Under the pieces are notes generated by a model. It ran no database searches, was not told the origin of the DNA, and worked only from the letters and a program-made list of their open reading frames with translations. This document shows positions 43,001-49,114 of a stretch of DNA of 64,000 nt, piece by piece. Position 1 is the first letter of the stretch; the number at the start of each line of letters is the position of its first letter. Made by a program: the position numbers and the translations under genes. The stretch lies in the IMG/VR virus record IMGVR_UViG_3300020182_001907; one strand, given 5' to 3'. The DNA is from a virus.

Positions 43001-43392
43001 ATACATTGCCAAGTGAGGATGTACCAGTAGAAGAACAACCAACTACACCAGCGACACCGCCACCGACACCAGTAATTAAATACTTCTTCTGGGAGCCAGC
43101 AACAATAGAAGTAGGTCAATCTAATACATTGTATTGGAGTGTATCTAACGCAACTTCAGTAGAAGTAACAGGTGACACTGGAACTTACAGGTTATCAGGA
43201 TCGGGTTCACGAGTAAATGGCCCGTACAAAAGTGCCGGCAACTTTAGTACAACACTAACAGCATACAAAGCAGGCGCAGTGCCGACTACCGCCACTGCCA
43301 CTGCCCCAATTACAGTAAAAGCCGTATCTTCTACACCACCGCCTGACCTTGACCCACGCAGAGGAGGCAGGCCCAGAATTTCTGAAAGATAG
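31060..43392 (+). CDS. Giant (~4110 aa) subtilisin-family (S8) serine protease fused to cadherin-like/Big_9, LamG, Calx-beta-like and FG-GAP domains; probable virion appendage
   Basis: Complete S8 motifs: VDFVVMDSGI (Asp), GHGTHCAAIAAG (His), SAGNN (oxyanion Asn), GTSMAAPQVAG (Ser at 32419). Repeats of 'P.NGT......GT..YTP...Y.G.DSF.Y', a LamG-like block, six 'TEG.ETL.LTL...INDTS' repeats and 'FGS.VAI.D.Y..VGAP.ED' repeats follow. ATG at 31060 with AAGGA SD; no signal peptide seen. Confidence 0.85.
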   Translation: MVHREYNVIVHKDVDLAELEQELCAAFGNETIPDREVEIVDPRYKNPRITSFNLSDDEAEQLRADPRILEVEIPPLQQPGMIVERFVVTTQSGDFDRSSSTADDHVNWGLRRVIETTNTFGGSTTIAGDYSYSRDGTGVDFVVMDSGIQADHPEFEDADGNSRVRQIDWYDAADIPGTMPTNFYTDFEGHGTHCAAIAAGKTYGWAKNADIYSLKMAGLEGPTDPNNGINYSVIFDLVVAWHNRKNNPADPIYTGRPTVMNMSWGFLYQNENEPDSGEYRGTPWTFGDPGYTVGTTLWNSTGIVPKLGNATSGYRYKLPGSNTSANTDIDTIASAGIIVTISAGNNYYKNTLPGDVEYDNSVSWGAITRFYHRQGSPYSPDVFFVGSIDTDQILDGTYKDRVASSSTRGPAVNIFSPGDSIASATSTVNSYASLDVYNYIPDTNFRMVELGGTSMAAPQVAGIAALHLQANPNLTPAQIQDRIINDNSYNVMYSTGSDTDYTAFTSSLLGAAGNVVYSKYSIDVNESLSDITLSNPSLVTTNLNQPATINLRDLTSNVAVTNFREFTVTTTPTNGTVTLIDPSQGTVEYTPNNSYTGPDNFSFTLKNNLGNVSTNQSDVSVQVGSGQLVTVADDSFTTFGLETTVLDVLANDGINANVSTVVVDTSPSNGTASPNIDGTIDYTSSIRYGLDSFTYTVDSTTDVTSDISNVTVYINQRVAVSDFSFEASSPGTSTIPVLKNSTSYDPHFANVRAIYNFISPSLGTAASATGSTYLGNITPVGSSIEFVTTGGEHDLGSLYFGDKDFHTGASIDSTNLAASNFFTSPEWTVEWSFKISSSSVTGTQSMMCAKSVNNGPLRVFFNGTGLTCLVNSSSSIIRNFQGLTGWVYDDWNKIAIQRNNDSLAVFINGVLVRESSTGTSLNNISETDSIIYLGRDAFSTTTYKLNDCYMDNIRFTASARYDIADSYYPATQTFATSNSDLANVSTLTIAEQPTYGTAVLDLGNAAILYTADEGYVGADSFKYNVTSLNPTLSGNAIVTLEVSGIGTYDTMLVSPASVDEDGSTVTFTINTAFVLDGTTVGYTVGGTGITVDDISLGSLTGTINVNSNQGTLALQVLTDNLTEGAETLTLTLDATDSAGWATNSLSNVLLINDTSLSKIYDSLDVSPVSVDEDGSNVTFTVNTTNVTDATTIGYTISGTGITTNDISLGSLTGSITITANEGTLEFQVLADTFTEGPETLILTLDANDSFGTSTGSLSNTVTINDTSVTAGVYNTSTFNINSVNEDSDGDNTDVIFTVNTTAVLDGTTVGYTISGAGITVDDISLGSLTGNITINSNTGNVSFNVIADNLTEGNETLILTLDATDSAGWSTGGLSDTVLLVDTSVNDPIYDNVYFNLTNVDEDSSTQVVFTVDTSYVIDGTTIGYTVGGTGITVNDISLISLTGDFTIINNTDSIDFTVNTDSLTEGNETLTITLDAQDSVGTNTGSLANSIILNDTSQSPLPGTPTYNTVGFNFPTVNEDGTTIVIFTINTTDVVSGTTVPYTISGGGITTDDLNLNSLTGDIVIVQGNIGQLAFTVNQDFFTEGPEILTVTLGATDSNGDPTGSLSGQVTLIDTSKTPAYLSAAFDVDSITENGTDFAVFRVDTENVAVNTEIGYVITGVGSGDISVPLTGNIFINNTDYGILAFTATEDFTTDGNMTATVTLVAQDSFGTFTGGLSDSVIIIDTSKTPNTPPTATSVNTSTGESTTIIIDLSGNISDSGPFSGLTALNIVTPPDFGTANVTFSLPDAYITYTPNPGFYGTDIIAYNVTDNEDTDSNTAFVTIRVFQAPIAANNTVTMNQAEVETFDILSNDSPGEGALVPTLTVIETVPSNGTVINNLDGTITYTPFSQFFGLDTLTYNVTNSNNATSLTPGTVFITVNQADPPVAEDDEFIGLVNTAFNINVVSNDLTGNDPIDLNTLIITVPPVNGAAIYLNDGTITYTPNTGFIGVDTLSYTISDTVGRTSNPANVTITISGPDALLLHTVNNENAYGSSVGDNFGEVVAMSDRYSIVGAPNEDDDNGTSSGKAYIFNNTTGELLHTLVNPNPDNLSINDYFGSAVGITDNYAIVGSYGEDATTGVSPGRAYIYNAFTGLLLHTISDPSPPYEFNNFGQTVAITDNYFIVGDPTFTQGGASSGIVYVYDLATATLLHTIINPNLYYSGSGDRFGSAIAMTDTYFVVGAPGEDATVAPLGDTGIAYIYNTVTGAQLYTLENPANPGTQDLFGSSVAITNDYAVIGAPRATGDSLTYSGIQWGAAYIFNTSTGALLHTLDNPEESALPMFMGSSVAIDNVRTLVSVPDGNNQTGIVHVYDTATGSYLYAIVDPNADINSRFGNYVGLSDNYSIVTSPGSVLGGIEGAVYIFLTTVGINTAPISVNDSITTFENDTVIIDVLANDIDLENNIRPSTVRMTSTPLNGTAIVQQNGTIQYTPAFGYTGLDSFTYKVSDVYNLPASNATVSVDILQLPLAVNDSVTIEKNTIAEINLPSNDIGASIDPSSVTIISLPLNGIVQLDQPTGNVVYVPNTNWVGTDTFQYTIKNTFGNISTNIGTVTIIVEQPPGDGNIISIQGNQFDQFGTVVDKPVDVEEFSDKLAPVIDTDIQSFPVSFFYDNPTLLYSATSKPTYKWAGYNPSVYPRKKVTDRIPFKWSDMVGYQNYYLPFPDPVIKITNLGDVSGYTNDTESLIASSATISVDWQQSSWPIPPRPSPSQYQYTRSVTFTWYRDGVFLSRETKVNDSVFTVSSPPLLPLGDAKNYNIRLDVIAILYGPDDRVVPFKNDASFAHASSSKISNAAFKVSTYQPSASALTTSVLPIKPNSTGTQYVTVYRRFVDDTLISTIGNSVTFGSFKRGYIYPNFDSAPGRTPDNYVDYEWQRRIDPGKEWFAENLTDNTQFYWDAGSNDGLGGSQDLNGHQIRFRARARQELNDPDQTITGDWATTSPITVQYFTEYYVPIFSLGGVTSAIKGGEILAVFTPYNMGAGATTYYWRIVPLGAFANEFVTDSGSFSLDENLYYDGSRPIDHRQTITSLVNVGDTVDRTYSIEFFTNSGYTGDPIFADTLTTVSSVPAYNIQARWLGSNGKNYTGNIDKWEVYVREESVVDLFDIQIKNLPYKVGDIVYLQNDRIVGDGTSANDIYFRKNSNQAWAKYNSGTRVAVECYNVTVTDTDYIAHFAIQFKGEDDSPLGGSAANYELFNFTFYNAAVAGTALVDFTARIYDNVEFFFAITSELEASEVTYYTINNVLSQTGDGYVKWKSYDIASNTGNNDHYFLNPGTYALEDLTFFYQWERIQDGKWTSFRNDLGGSDWVNKTSSAYYLGSGDEGFYFNDIGDTTVIHNWANGIDIRQRIIIYNNRGKIIADQYSNVVTMKINVSNTASSVGINSISVQNATEGSTTYTLTINSKGMIGKGVRVQLTNNNFYHTSTDFYTLIKRNTTNVRLNDLIPQKYYNTAATETITVTAPAGTAAAGYESKSTTYTIAQAPMEFVFGKVDYTSGGSTLEKGFGQSTAITSEEGGVLNFRGFFNNVPPGEDIILEFYAFTDDGSLVPNASIVNLISGTDGLGSLDKPYKTGTITYPYVPANSLVKRNQSYLAKMEGLTLKYDPSSFDTFKGNWRVTTTPNRLVDITGSIKSVNTLPVPWSPSGQDINVIASENIKEDGTTANPVLQGYVFFWGISSAPAGTTIYWRINSSKTTAVAGVNYDGTQNNATLTTDASGVAFQNKPGVRQDGDPTAPLFFPVINDGTYAVTDPVIAVDMSFYSDFRTSYTASTKILNVNPAPIPAPTVNLAQAYSTGILWTYINVQNFAVGDYPTGTILTFIIDDDGTIKNIAGSKGTITTVSTWLPAGESASDYEWKVSYRHSDSALADQTGAIMYAYNNGSTGNAQSFNTWYSTTGSQIIFSSGAQGVNADPATSVMTIEVRSKSNNAVKDSDSTSIYWLPGSYTLPSEDVPVEEQPTTPATPPPTPVIKYFFWEPATIEVGQSNTLYWSVSNATSVEVTGDTGTYRLSGSGSRVNGPYKSAGNFSTTLTAYKAGAVPTTATATAPITVKAVSSTPPPDLDPRRGGRPRISER
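34201..36250 (+). repeat. Six tandem ~113-aa Calx-beta-like coding repeats inside the S8 protein
   Basis: Units start near 34201, 34537, 34876, 35227, 35581 and 35923. Consensus 'Y.......SV.EDG..V.FTVNT..V.DGTT.GYTI.G.GIT.DDISL.SLTG.I.I..N.G...F.V..D..TEG.ETL.LTL.A.DS.G..TG.LS..V...DTS'. Confidence 0.9.
37120..38280 (+). repeat. FG-GAP/integrin-alpha-like beta-propeller repeats (about 7 blades) inside the S8 protein
   Basis: Repeated 'LLHT..NP......D.FGS.VAI.D.Y..VGAP.ED......G.AYI.N..TG' units. Confidence 0.8.
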
Positions 43393-43425
43393 GATTTTAA
43401 AATTAAAACGTATTTTATAAAAAAT

Positions 43426-43433
43426 GATAAATA
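43426..43433 (+). promoter_or_regulatory. Putative late promoter box GATAAATA
   Basis: Lies in the gap before the second tail fibre; GAGGA SD at 43449-43453. Confidence 0.6.
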
Positions 43434-43462
43434 ACAAGTATATAAATTGAGGAATATTAACA

Positions 43463-45301
43463 ATGCCATATATAGTAACTAACAGTGATGGTAGCTCTAC
43501 AATAACAGTAGCAGATAGTACAGTCGACACTGGTACGTATTCCCTTGCCCTTATTGGACGTAATGTTGCAAATTATGGGCAATATTTTGCTCAAAATACA
43601 ATTAGACAATTAGAAAATTTTGCTAGTACTACTGCACCTAATCCTGGTACAACGCTAGAAGGACAACTTTGGTACAATAAAACTGAACAGCAATTAAGTG
43701 TATGGCAAGGATCTACTTGGAAAAGAATTGGAGTTGTAGTAGGATCAGATAACCAAAAGCCCACTCAGTTTAGAACATCCGGTACAAGTTTTTTCAATAC
43801 AACCACAGACAAACTGGAAATTTGGAATAACGGTTGGCAAGAAGCGGCATATGGTGGTACAGTTACAGATGAATTTTCTTCGGATAGTAGCATCCAAAGT
43901 CCAACTACATACGGAACAAGATTAAGAACATTATTTTTTAAGGAAGCATCAACAGACAACATGCTGCCTGTTTTAGCATTAGTATATACTAAAAGTCCAC
44001 AAATTAATCCAACTGATCCTACTAGTAATAGAGGTTCGACCGAGGTACCATCAGGTTCAGGTAATTACGAAACAATCATGGCGTTTTGGAGTGATTTTGA
44101 CTTCTATGTTAACAGTGGAGGTACTGATTCTCCAGTCAATGGCAGTATTGTAGACTATTACAACGAGTTAGTAGAAGTTGATTCAGGAATACTTGCTGCT
44201 AGAGCAGGTAGATCGACTGGGCAAGTATTTAAAGGTTTGAACCAACGTGCTGAATATGAAGGTTCTAGTATTGCTACATTTGACAGCGTTTTTATTACCA
44301 GCGCATTGGGCTCAGCTAGTTTACCGGTTCCAGAAGGATACTTTTCTAGTTTAACCATTGGATCAGATATTACTGTGCAAACACTGACTGTTAATAATGA
44401 CGGATCTGTAGGAGGACAACTTACTGTTACTGGCAATATTACTTCTACATCAGGTACTATTAATACAACAGACTTAGTTGTTACTAATTCTAGTATCTTA
44501 AACGGAACTACAACCATAAATGGCTCTATTGTAGTTAATGGCGTAAACAGCCAAACATTAGGAACTGTTACTGAAGTAATTGAAGACAGCTATTTTGGAA
44601 ACGTTACTGCTGCAAACGCAACCATTAATAATTTAACGGTTACCGGAGACGTTGTTGGTTTATCAGTAGCAGGATTGGAATCTAGTGGTGACGTGGTTAT
44701 ACAAACAGGTTCTACTCTTATTATTCAAGACACAATTCAAGGAAGCATAGCTAATGTAACAACTCTTGATGCAAGTACATCAGGAGCAACACATTATCTT
44801 ACTTTTGGGACAAGTGACCTCGACTCTACTGCCCAACCACTTAACACAGATAGCGGAATAAACTATGTACCTAACACTGGTACCTTAAGTGCAACTACAT
44901 TTTCTGGTACAGCAACCTCAGCTGAGTTTGCGGATTTAGCTGAAATATACTCAACGGATGCTGTATACTTACCTGGTACTGTTGTAACAATCGGCGGCGC
45001 TGCTGAAATAACATTGTGCACAGAAGATGCTAGCACAGATGTATTTGGAGTTGTGTCAACAGACCCAGCGTACTTAATGAACAGCAAAGCAGAAGGTGTA
45101 GCGGTTGCATTACAAGGTCGTGTACCAGTTAGAGTTATAGGTAGTTGTTCTAAAGGCGACAGATTGGTTAGCGCAGGTGAAGGTGTTGCTAGAACAATAG
45201 GAAATACACCATATGATCCACGTATGGTAATAGGTCGAGCACTGTCTGGCAAATCAAGTCAAGCAGAAGATTTTGTAGAAACAGTAGTAGGAGTTAAGTA
45301 A
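43463..45301 (+). CDS. Tail fibre paralogue with C-terminal peptidase G2-like (IMC autocleavage) domain
   Basis: N-terminus paralogous to the 28989 fibre (MPYI..N..G...LIGRN..NYGQ....L.NFAS....GQLWY). The middle is T/S/N/V-rich and beta-helix-like. C-terminus 'ADLAEIY..D..Y.PGTVV.IGG..EIT......VFGVVST.PAYLMN......VALQGRVPVRVIG...KGDRLVSA'. Confidence 0.75.
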   Translation: MPYIVTNSDGSSTITVADSTVDTGTYSLALIGRNVANYGQYFAQNTIRQLENFASTTAPNPGTTLEGQLWYNKTEQQLSVWQGSTWKRIGVVVGSDNQKPTQFRTSGTSFFNTTTDKLEIWNNGWQEAAYGGTVTDEFSSDSSIQSPTTYGTRLRTLFFKEASTDNMLPVLALVYTKSPQINPTDPTSNRGSTEVPSGSGNYETIMAFWSDFDFYVNSGGTDSPVNGSIVDYYNELVEVDSGILAARAGRSTGQVFKGLNQRAEYEGSSIATFDSVFITSALGSASLPVPEGYFSSLTIGSDITVQTLTVNNDGSVGGQLTVTGNITSTSGTINTTDLVVTNSSILNGTTTINGSIVVNGVNSQTLGTVTEVIEDSYFGNVTAANATINNLTVTGDVVGLSVAGLESSGDVVIQTGSTLIIQDTIQGSIANVTTLDASTSGATHYLTFGTSDLDSTAQPLNTDSGINYVPNTGTLSATTFSGTATSAEFADLAEIYSTDAVYLPGTVVTIGGAAEITLCTEDASTDVFGVVSTDPAYLMNSKAEGVAVALQGRVPVRVIGSCSKGDRLVSAGEGVARTIGNTPYDPRMVIGRALSGKSSQAEDFVETVVGVK

Positions 45302-46272
45302 TGGCATCAGGAGCAACTATCACAATTACAGGCGGCACAAATATGCGATTAGTTGTAGCCGGTGTAGACGGTGTTGAAGCCGACGACTATAACTTGCCTA
45401 GAGCAAATGTAAATGATTTATTATCATCCCCGCAAGATGTAACACTTGGTACATTTACATTAGCTAGTACTTTTGGATACAATCAAGGTGGTGCAAGTGT
45501 TAATCCAAACAGTCAAGGTTCAACAGTTCTTGCAGCAGGAAGTTCTAGAGGTCTTAAAGACTTGCAAGACGATGTACAGGCATTACAGGTATTTTTAAAT
45601 GAAACTAGTGAAACTGTTACTGATGTGGCAGCTGGAGATATTATTACAGCCGCGACTTTTAACAGCTTGATGTTAGCAGTAGAAGATTGTTGGAATGCTA
45701 GATTTAACCACACTCCTAGCGCAGCAGTTACTGATGCAACTGTACAAAGAACAACTGCATGGACTAATACTCTTACTTCTGTATTAACGTGGACTTTTGC
45801 CAGTGAAGCTGCTTGCAGAGCATTCTTCAACGGTGGCGGCGAACTAGGTTTTAGTGTAGGTAGAACTGGTGGCTCAGCGAGTGATCAAAATACAAGGTGG
45901 GACGAAACGTTTACAGCAGTTGGTGATATATTGTTAGACCACGAAACAACTCAAGCGGGTTCTGGAACAAATTCAAATATAGGATTTTATGAACTAACTA
46001 CTAGTCCTCAGCAGTTGCTTGAAAAATTTACTGCTACAGCTCCATACACTGCTGACGTACTTCGAGTTACAGCAAACGTAAACAGCACAACCAACCCAAC
46101 AGTTATTACAATGACACTGACTTTAACTGATGCAGGCGACAATATTATTGATGCCCAACCAGATGGAACACTGAGCATTAATGCACGTAGACGCCAGCCT
46201 GATGTTACTGGTACTGGTTTTAGTGCTTTTGCCACTCCAACTGACAGCTTAGGTGCAATAACTGGTTCATAA
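45301..46272 (+). CDS. Putative tail/virion structural protein
   Basis: Thr/Ala/Gly-rich, with 'GDIITAATFNSL' and 'FASEAACRAFFNGGG' motifs of phage fibre-associated proteins. TAATG overlap with the preceding fibre gene. Confidence 0.6.
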   Translation: MASGATITITGGTNMRLVVAGVDGVEADDYNLPRANVNDLLSSPQDVTLGTFTLASTFGYNQGGASVNPNSQGSTVLAAGSSRGLKDLQDDVQALQVFLNETSETVTDVAAGDIITAATFNSLMLAVEDCWNARFNHTPSAAVTDATVQRTTAWTNTLTSVLTWTFASEAACRAFFNGGGELGFSVGRTGGSASDQNTRWDETFTAVGDILLDHETTQAGSGTNSNIGFYELTTSPQQLLEKFTATAPYTADVLRVTANVNSTTNPTVITMTLTLTDAGDNIIDAQPDGTLSINARRRQPDVTGTGFSAFATPTDSLGAITGS

Positions 46273-46297
46273 ACTTATATTTTAATTGATACTTGCT

Positions 46298-46305
46298 TAT
46301 AAATA
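46298..46305 (+). promoter_or_regulatory. Putative late promoter, exact T4 consensus TATAAATA
   Basis: Lies in the 64-nt gap upstream of the glycosyltransferase operon. Confidence 0.65.
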
Positions 46306-46336
46306 GTGATAACACACTTACATTACAGGTATCTTT

Positions 46337-46696
46337 ATGAGCGCAAAACTTTCAAAAGCATTAGAATTTGCTAATTATCGTGTTACTTTAAACAATCAAA
46401 AAGAAGCTCTGAGAGCTAAAGCACATTCTCTACTAAGTTACAGCATTAATGGCGGAACTTTTACCATAGACAGAACACTAATATCGTTTTGTAGAAATCT
46501 CATTGACGAACAGTTAGTTGAAGCTATACTGCTTGACGATTATAACAATCCTATTAAAATAGAAATTGTTGAATTTTACGAAGAAATTTTAAGCAGATAT
46601 AGCGAAACTACCAATGACTATTACGTAGAATACGAAAAAATAAAAAAGGCTAGAAGTGTAAACAAGGTAGTGGATATCAATGAAGATAATGTCTAA
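46337..46696 (+). CDS. Hypothetical protein (possibly tail-fibre assembly related)
   Basis: Clean ORF with AGGT SD, overlapping the next gene. Helical ends with a short beta core; the function is inferred only from position. Confidence 0.6.
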   Translation: MSAKLSKALEFANYRVTLNNQKEALRAKAHSLLSYSINGGTFTIDRTLISFCRNLIDEQLVEAILLDDYNNPIKIEIVEFYEEILSRYSETTNDYYVEYEKIKKARSVNKVVDINEDNV

Positions 46697-47594
46697 GACT
46701 AACACAATTGATCGAGGTATTATAATGTTCGCTCATAATAATACTGAAATAGATTATTTTCGTTTAGCAGTGGTAAATGCAACACTGATACAACGCTACT
46801 TAGGCTTAGAAAAACAAAATATTGCTGTGGTCACTGACTTACACTCTCTTGAACACGCCCAAAAACAATTGGGCAAAAGATTTATTAAAAACGCAATCGG
46901 GCATATAATTATAAACGAAAAAGATGTTAATTTTAAACATTCCAATGTCCGCACATACAAAGATACTAGTTTACATTCTAAACATTTAAGTTTTTATAAC
47001 AAAAACAGAAGTGATGCATACGATTTAAGTCCGTTCCAAGAAACCATACTAATAGATGCTGACTATCTTGTTTTAAGCGATTCTCTTAATCAGTGCTGGG
47101 GACATAATAACGAATTAATGATGAACTGGGAATATAAAGATGTATATAGTAGTAGAAAATATCCTTCGTTAACACGATTACATAACTTAGGAATTAGCAT
47201 GTATTGGGCTACTGTGGTGTATTTCCGCAAAACAGATTACTGCGAAACATTTTTCAATCTAGTCAAACAAGTCAGAGATAATAAAGACTACTATGGACAA
47301 CTGTTTAGAATTAATAATAAACTGTATAGAAACGATTTTAGTTTTAGTGTAGCAGCACATATATTAGGCGGATTCCAAGATAAAACATTGCCGCAGTTAC
47401 CTTTTCAGTTGTTCAAAACATTTGATACAGATGATGTTTATGAGGTGAACAGTGATTTAAGTTTAGTTCTTTGTTTAGAGAAACCAGATTCGCCTGGAGA
47501 TTTTATTGCCACTAAGTGGAAGGGAGTAGATGTGCACATAATGAACAAATGGGCGTTATCTAGGATATCAAACGGATTATTAGAATATGTCTAA
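46680..47594 (+). CDS. Putative GT-A fold glycosyltransferase (DxD); start may be ATG 46689
   Basis: 'RGIIMFA' first strand, 'SPFQETILIDADYL' DxD motif in a GT8/mannosyltransferase-like context, 'ATVVYFRK' and 'YRNDFSFS'. Confidence 0.65.
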   Translation: MKIMSKTNTIDRGIIMFAHNNTEIDYFRLAVVNATLIQRYLGLEKQNIAVVTDLHSLEHAQKQLGKRFIKNAIGHIIINEKDVNFKHSNVRTYKDTSLHSKHLSFYNKNRSDAYDLSPFQETILIDADYLVLSDSLNQCWGHNNELMMNWEYKDVYSSRKYPSLTRLHNLGISMYWATVVYFRKTDYCETFFNLVKQVRDNKDYYGQLFRINNKLYRNDFSFSVAAHILGGFQDKTLPQLPFQLFKTFDTDDVYEVNSDLSLVLCLEKPDSPGDFIATKWKGVDVHIMNKWALSRISNGLLEYV

Positions 47595-48444
47595 AGGGTA
47601 TATTGTGATTGCTCAAAATAACGCCACTGTTGATTACTTACAACAGGCGTATGCCCTTGCATTAAATTTAAAGTTAACTCAGAGCGAAGTTAACAAGTTA
47701 ACTGTTTGTGTTGATAAGGCAACAAAACGATTAATAACAGATAAACACAGACAAGTATTTGATTGCATAGTAGATATTCCCTGGATCGATGATGCTGAAA
47801 ACAGTGATTGGAAAATACAAAACAAGTGGAAATATTATTACATGACACCTTACGATGAAACTGTAATATTAGATACAGACATGATATTTCCTGTAGATGT
47901 TAGTTTCTGGTGGGATGTACTCAGCGAACGAGACGTTTGGGCAAGTACTAGTGTGAGAAACTTTAAAAACGAAACTGTGACTAATGATTATTATCGAAAA
48001 GTGTTTACTAACAACCAGCTTCCTAACGTGTATACTGCATTTATGTATTTTAAAAAATCCGAAGTTGCCGGGGAGTTGTTTGGATTAGCAGAGATAATAT
48101 TCCAGCATTGGGAAAGATTTTTTTATCTTTATATACCTAATAATAAACCAGACAATGTTAGCGGCGATGTGGTTTTTGCACTAGCAATGAAACTGTTGGG
48201 CGTGGAAAACGAATGCACTAAGCCTAAACTAACTAATTTGCCTACATTTGTTCACATGAAAAGCAAATTACAGAATTCACCACAGTTAAACGATGAGTGG
48301 ACTGCTAGTTTACCAACCTATTATCATAGCTACAGAGATTTTAAAATAGGCAATTTCCAGCAACAGTTACCCTTCCATTATGTAAACAAAGAATGGATGA
48401 CACCTGCAAAGATTGCACAAATGGAAAACGATTATGACAGTTAA
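47587..48444 (+). CDS. Putative GT-A fold glycosyltransferase (DxD), paralogue of the upstream gene
   Basis: 'SKGYIVIAQN', 'TPYDETVILDTDM', 'YTAFMYFKK', 'SGDVVFALA', 'FVHMK' and 'FHYV' give a GT8-like motif order. Confidence 0.7.
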   Translation: MSKGYIVIAQNNATVDYLQQAYALALNLKLTQSEVNKLTVCVDKATKRLITDKHRQVFDCIVDIPWIDDAENSDWKIQNKWKYYYMTPYDETVILDTDMIFPVDVSFWWDVLSERDVWASTSVRNFKNETVTNDYYRKVFTNNQLPNVYTAFMYFKKSEVAGELFGLAEIIFQHWERFFYLYIPNNKPDNVSGDVVFALAMKLLGVENECTKPKLTNLPTFVHMKSKLQNSPQLNDEWTASLPTYYHSYRDFKIGNFQQQLPFHYVNKEWMTPAKIAQMENDYDS

Positions 48445-49114
48445 TCAAGCTGCAATTGACCGTAAAAATAGATTTTTAGAAGAAAAAAAGTCTGTATCAT
48501 CTGTGAAAGAGTTAGTTAAGCATAAAGTTGAACAACCTTTTACTTTGTGGTTCAATAGTGAAGGTGATATATTATCGTTTTCGCAAAATGAAATAGCACC
48601 GAGGAACGGATGGTACACATATGATTTTGAACCAGAACAGCTATCAGTGTTATACAACGGAACACATAATTATATAGTTGTAAAAGATCAATTAGTTGAA
48701 AACAAATATTCTATACAACGAAAAGTTTTAGAGGAACAGCTAATTTCTAAAGAGGAATATTTCTTACATGAAGTTCCTTTTGTTCGCGTATCACCTAGAG
48801 GGATAAGACTAGAATTAACAAAAAATCATTTAAAAATTGCTCTCGACACTAACATTAAACAATTATACGAAGGCATTAGTCCAGTTAAAGCAACTGCAAA
48901 ATCGCAACGTACATTTGAATTTTATATAACTAAAACTGGCGATCCGCATATACTTTACGATCAAGGATCTGTGTACTTTAGTCAGTTATTAACTAGCGAC
49001 GTAGTTAAGATTAAATTAAATAAACAACTGCCAAAAGAAGTAAGTATATATACTAAAAAACTTTTTGAAAGTAAATATCGTTACAGTGTTACAGACAAAA
49101 GGAAAACGAATTAA
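48434..49114 (+). CDS. Hypothetical protein in the glycosyltransferase operon
   Basis: Overlaps both neighbours; ATG 48434 preferred over the TTG at 48413. No recognisable motif. Confidence 0.6.
   Translation: MTVNQAAIDRKNRFLEEKKSVSSVKELVKHKVEQPFTLWFNSEGDILSFSQNEIAPRNGWYTYDFEPEQLSVLYNGTHNYIVVKDQLVENKYSIQRKVLEEQLISKEEYFLHEVPFVRVSPRGIRLELTKNHLKIALDTNIKQLYEGISPVKATAKSQRTFEFYITKTGDPHILYDQGSVYFSQLLTSDVVKIKLNKQLPKEVSIYTKKLFESKYRYSVTDKRKTN

Noticed and set aside
4526-43392. Inteins, introns or homing endonucleases explaining the giant ORFs
   Set aside because: No Hint-type splice-junction or LAGLIDADG/HNH motifs were recognised by eye; an HMM scan would be needed to exclude them fully.
28989-45301. 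Diversity-generating retroelement acting on the fibres
   Set aside because: No reverse transcriptase and no ~100-bp template/variable repeat pair differing at adenines were seen; the repeats found are short and exact.
1-46272. Bacterial contractile injection system (eCIS/T6SS/tailocin) with a neighbouring O-antigen locus
   Set aside because: The T4-like late boxes, S74 fibre, very large gp6-like wedge and lack of membrane export genes fit a large lytic phage better, although no capsid or terminase gene is in the window to prove it.
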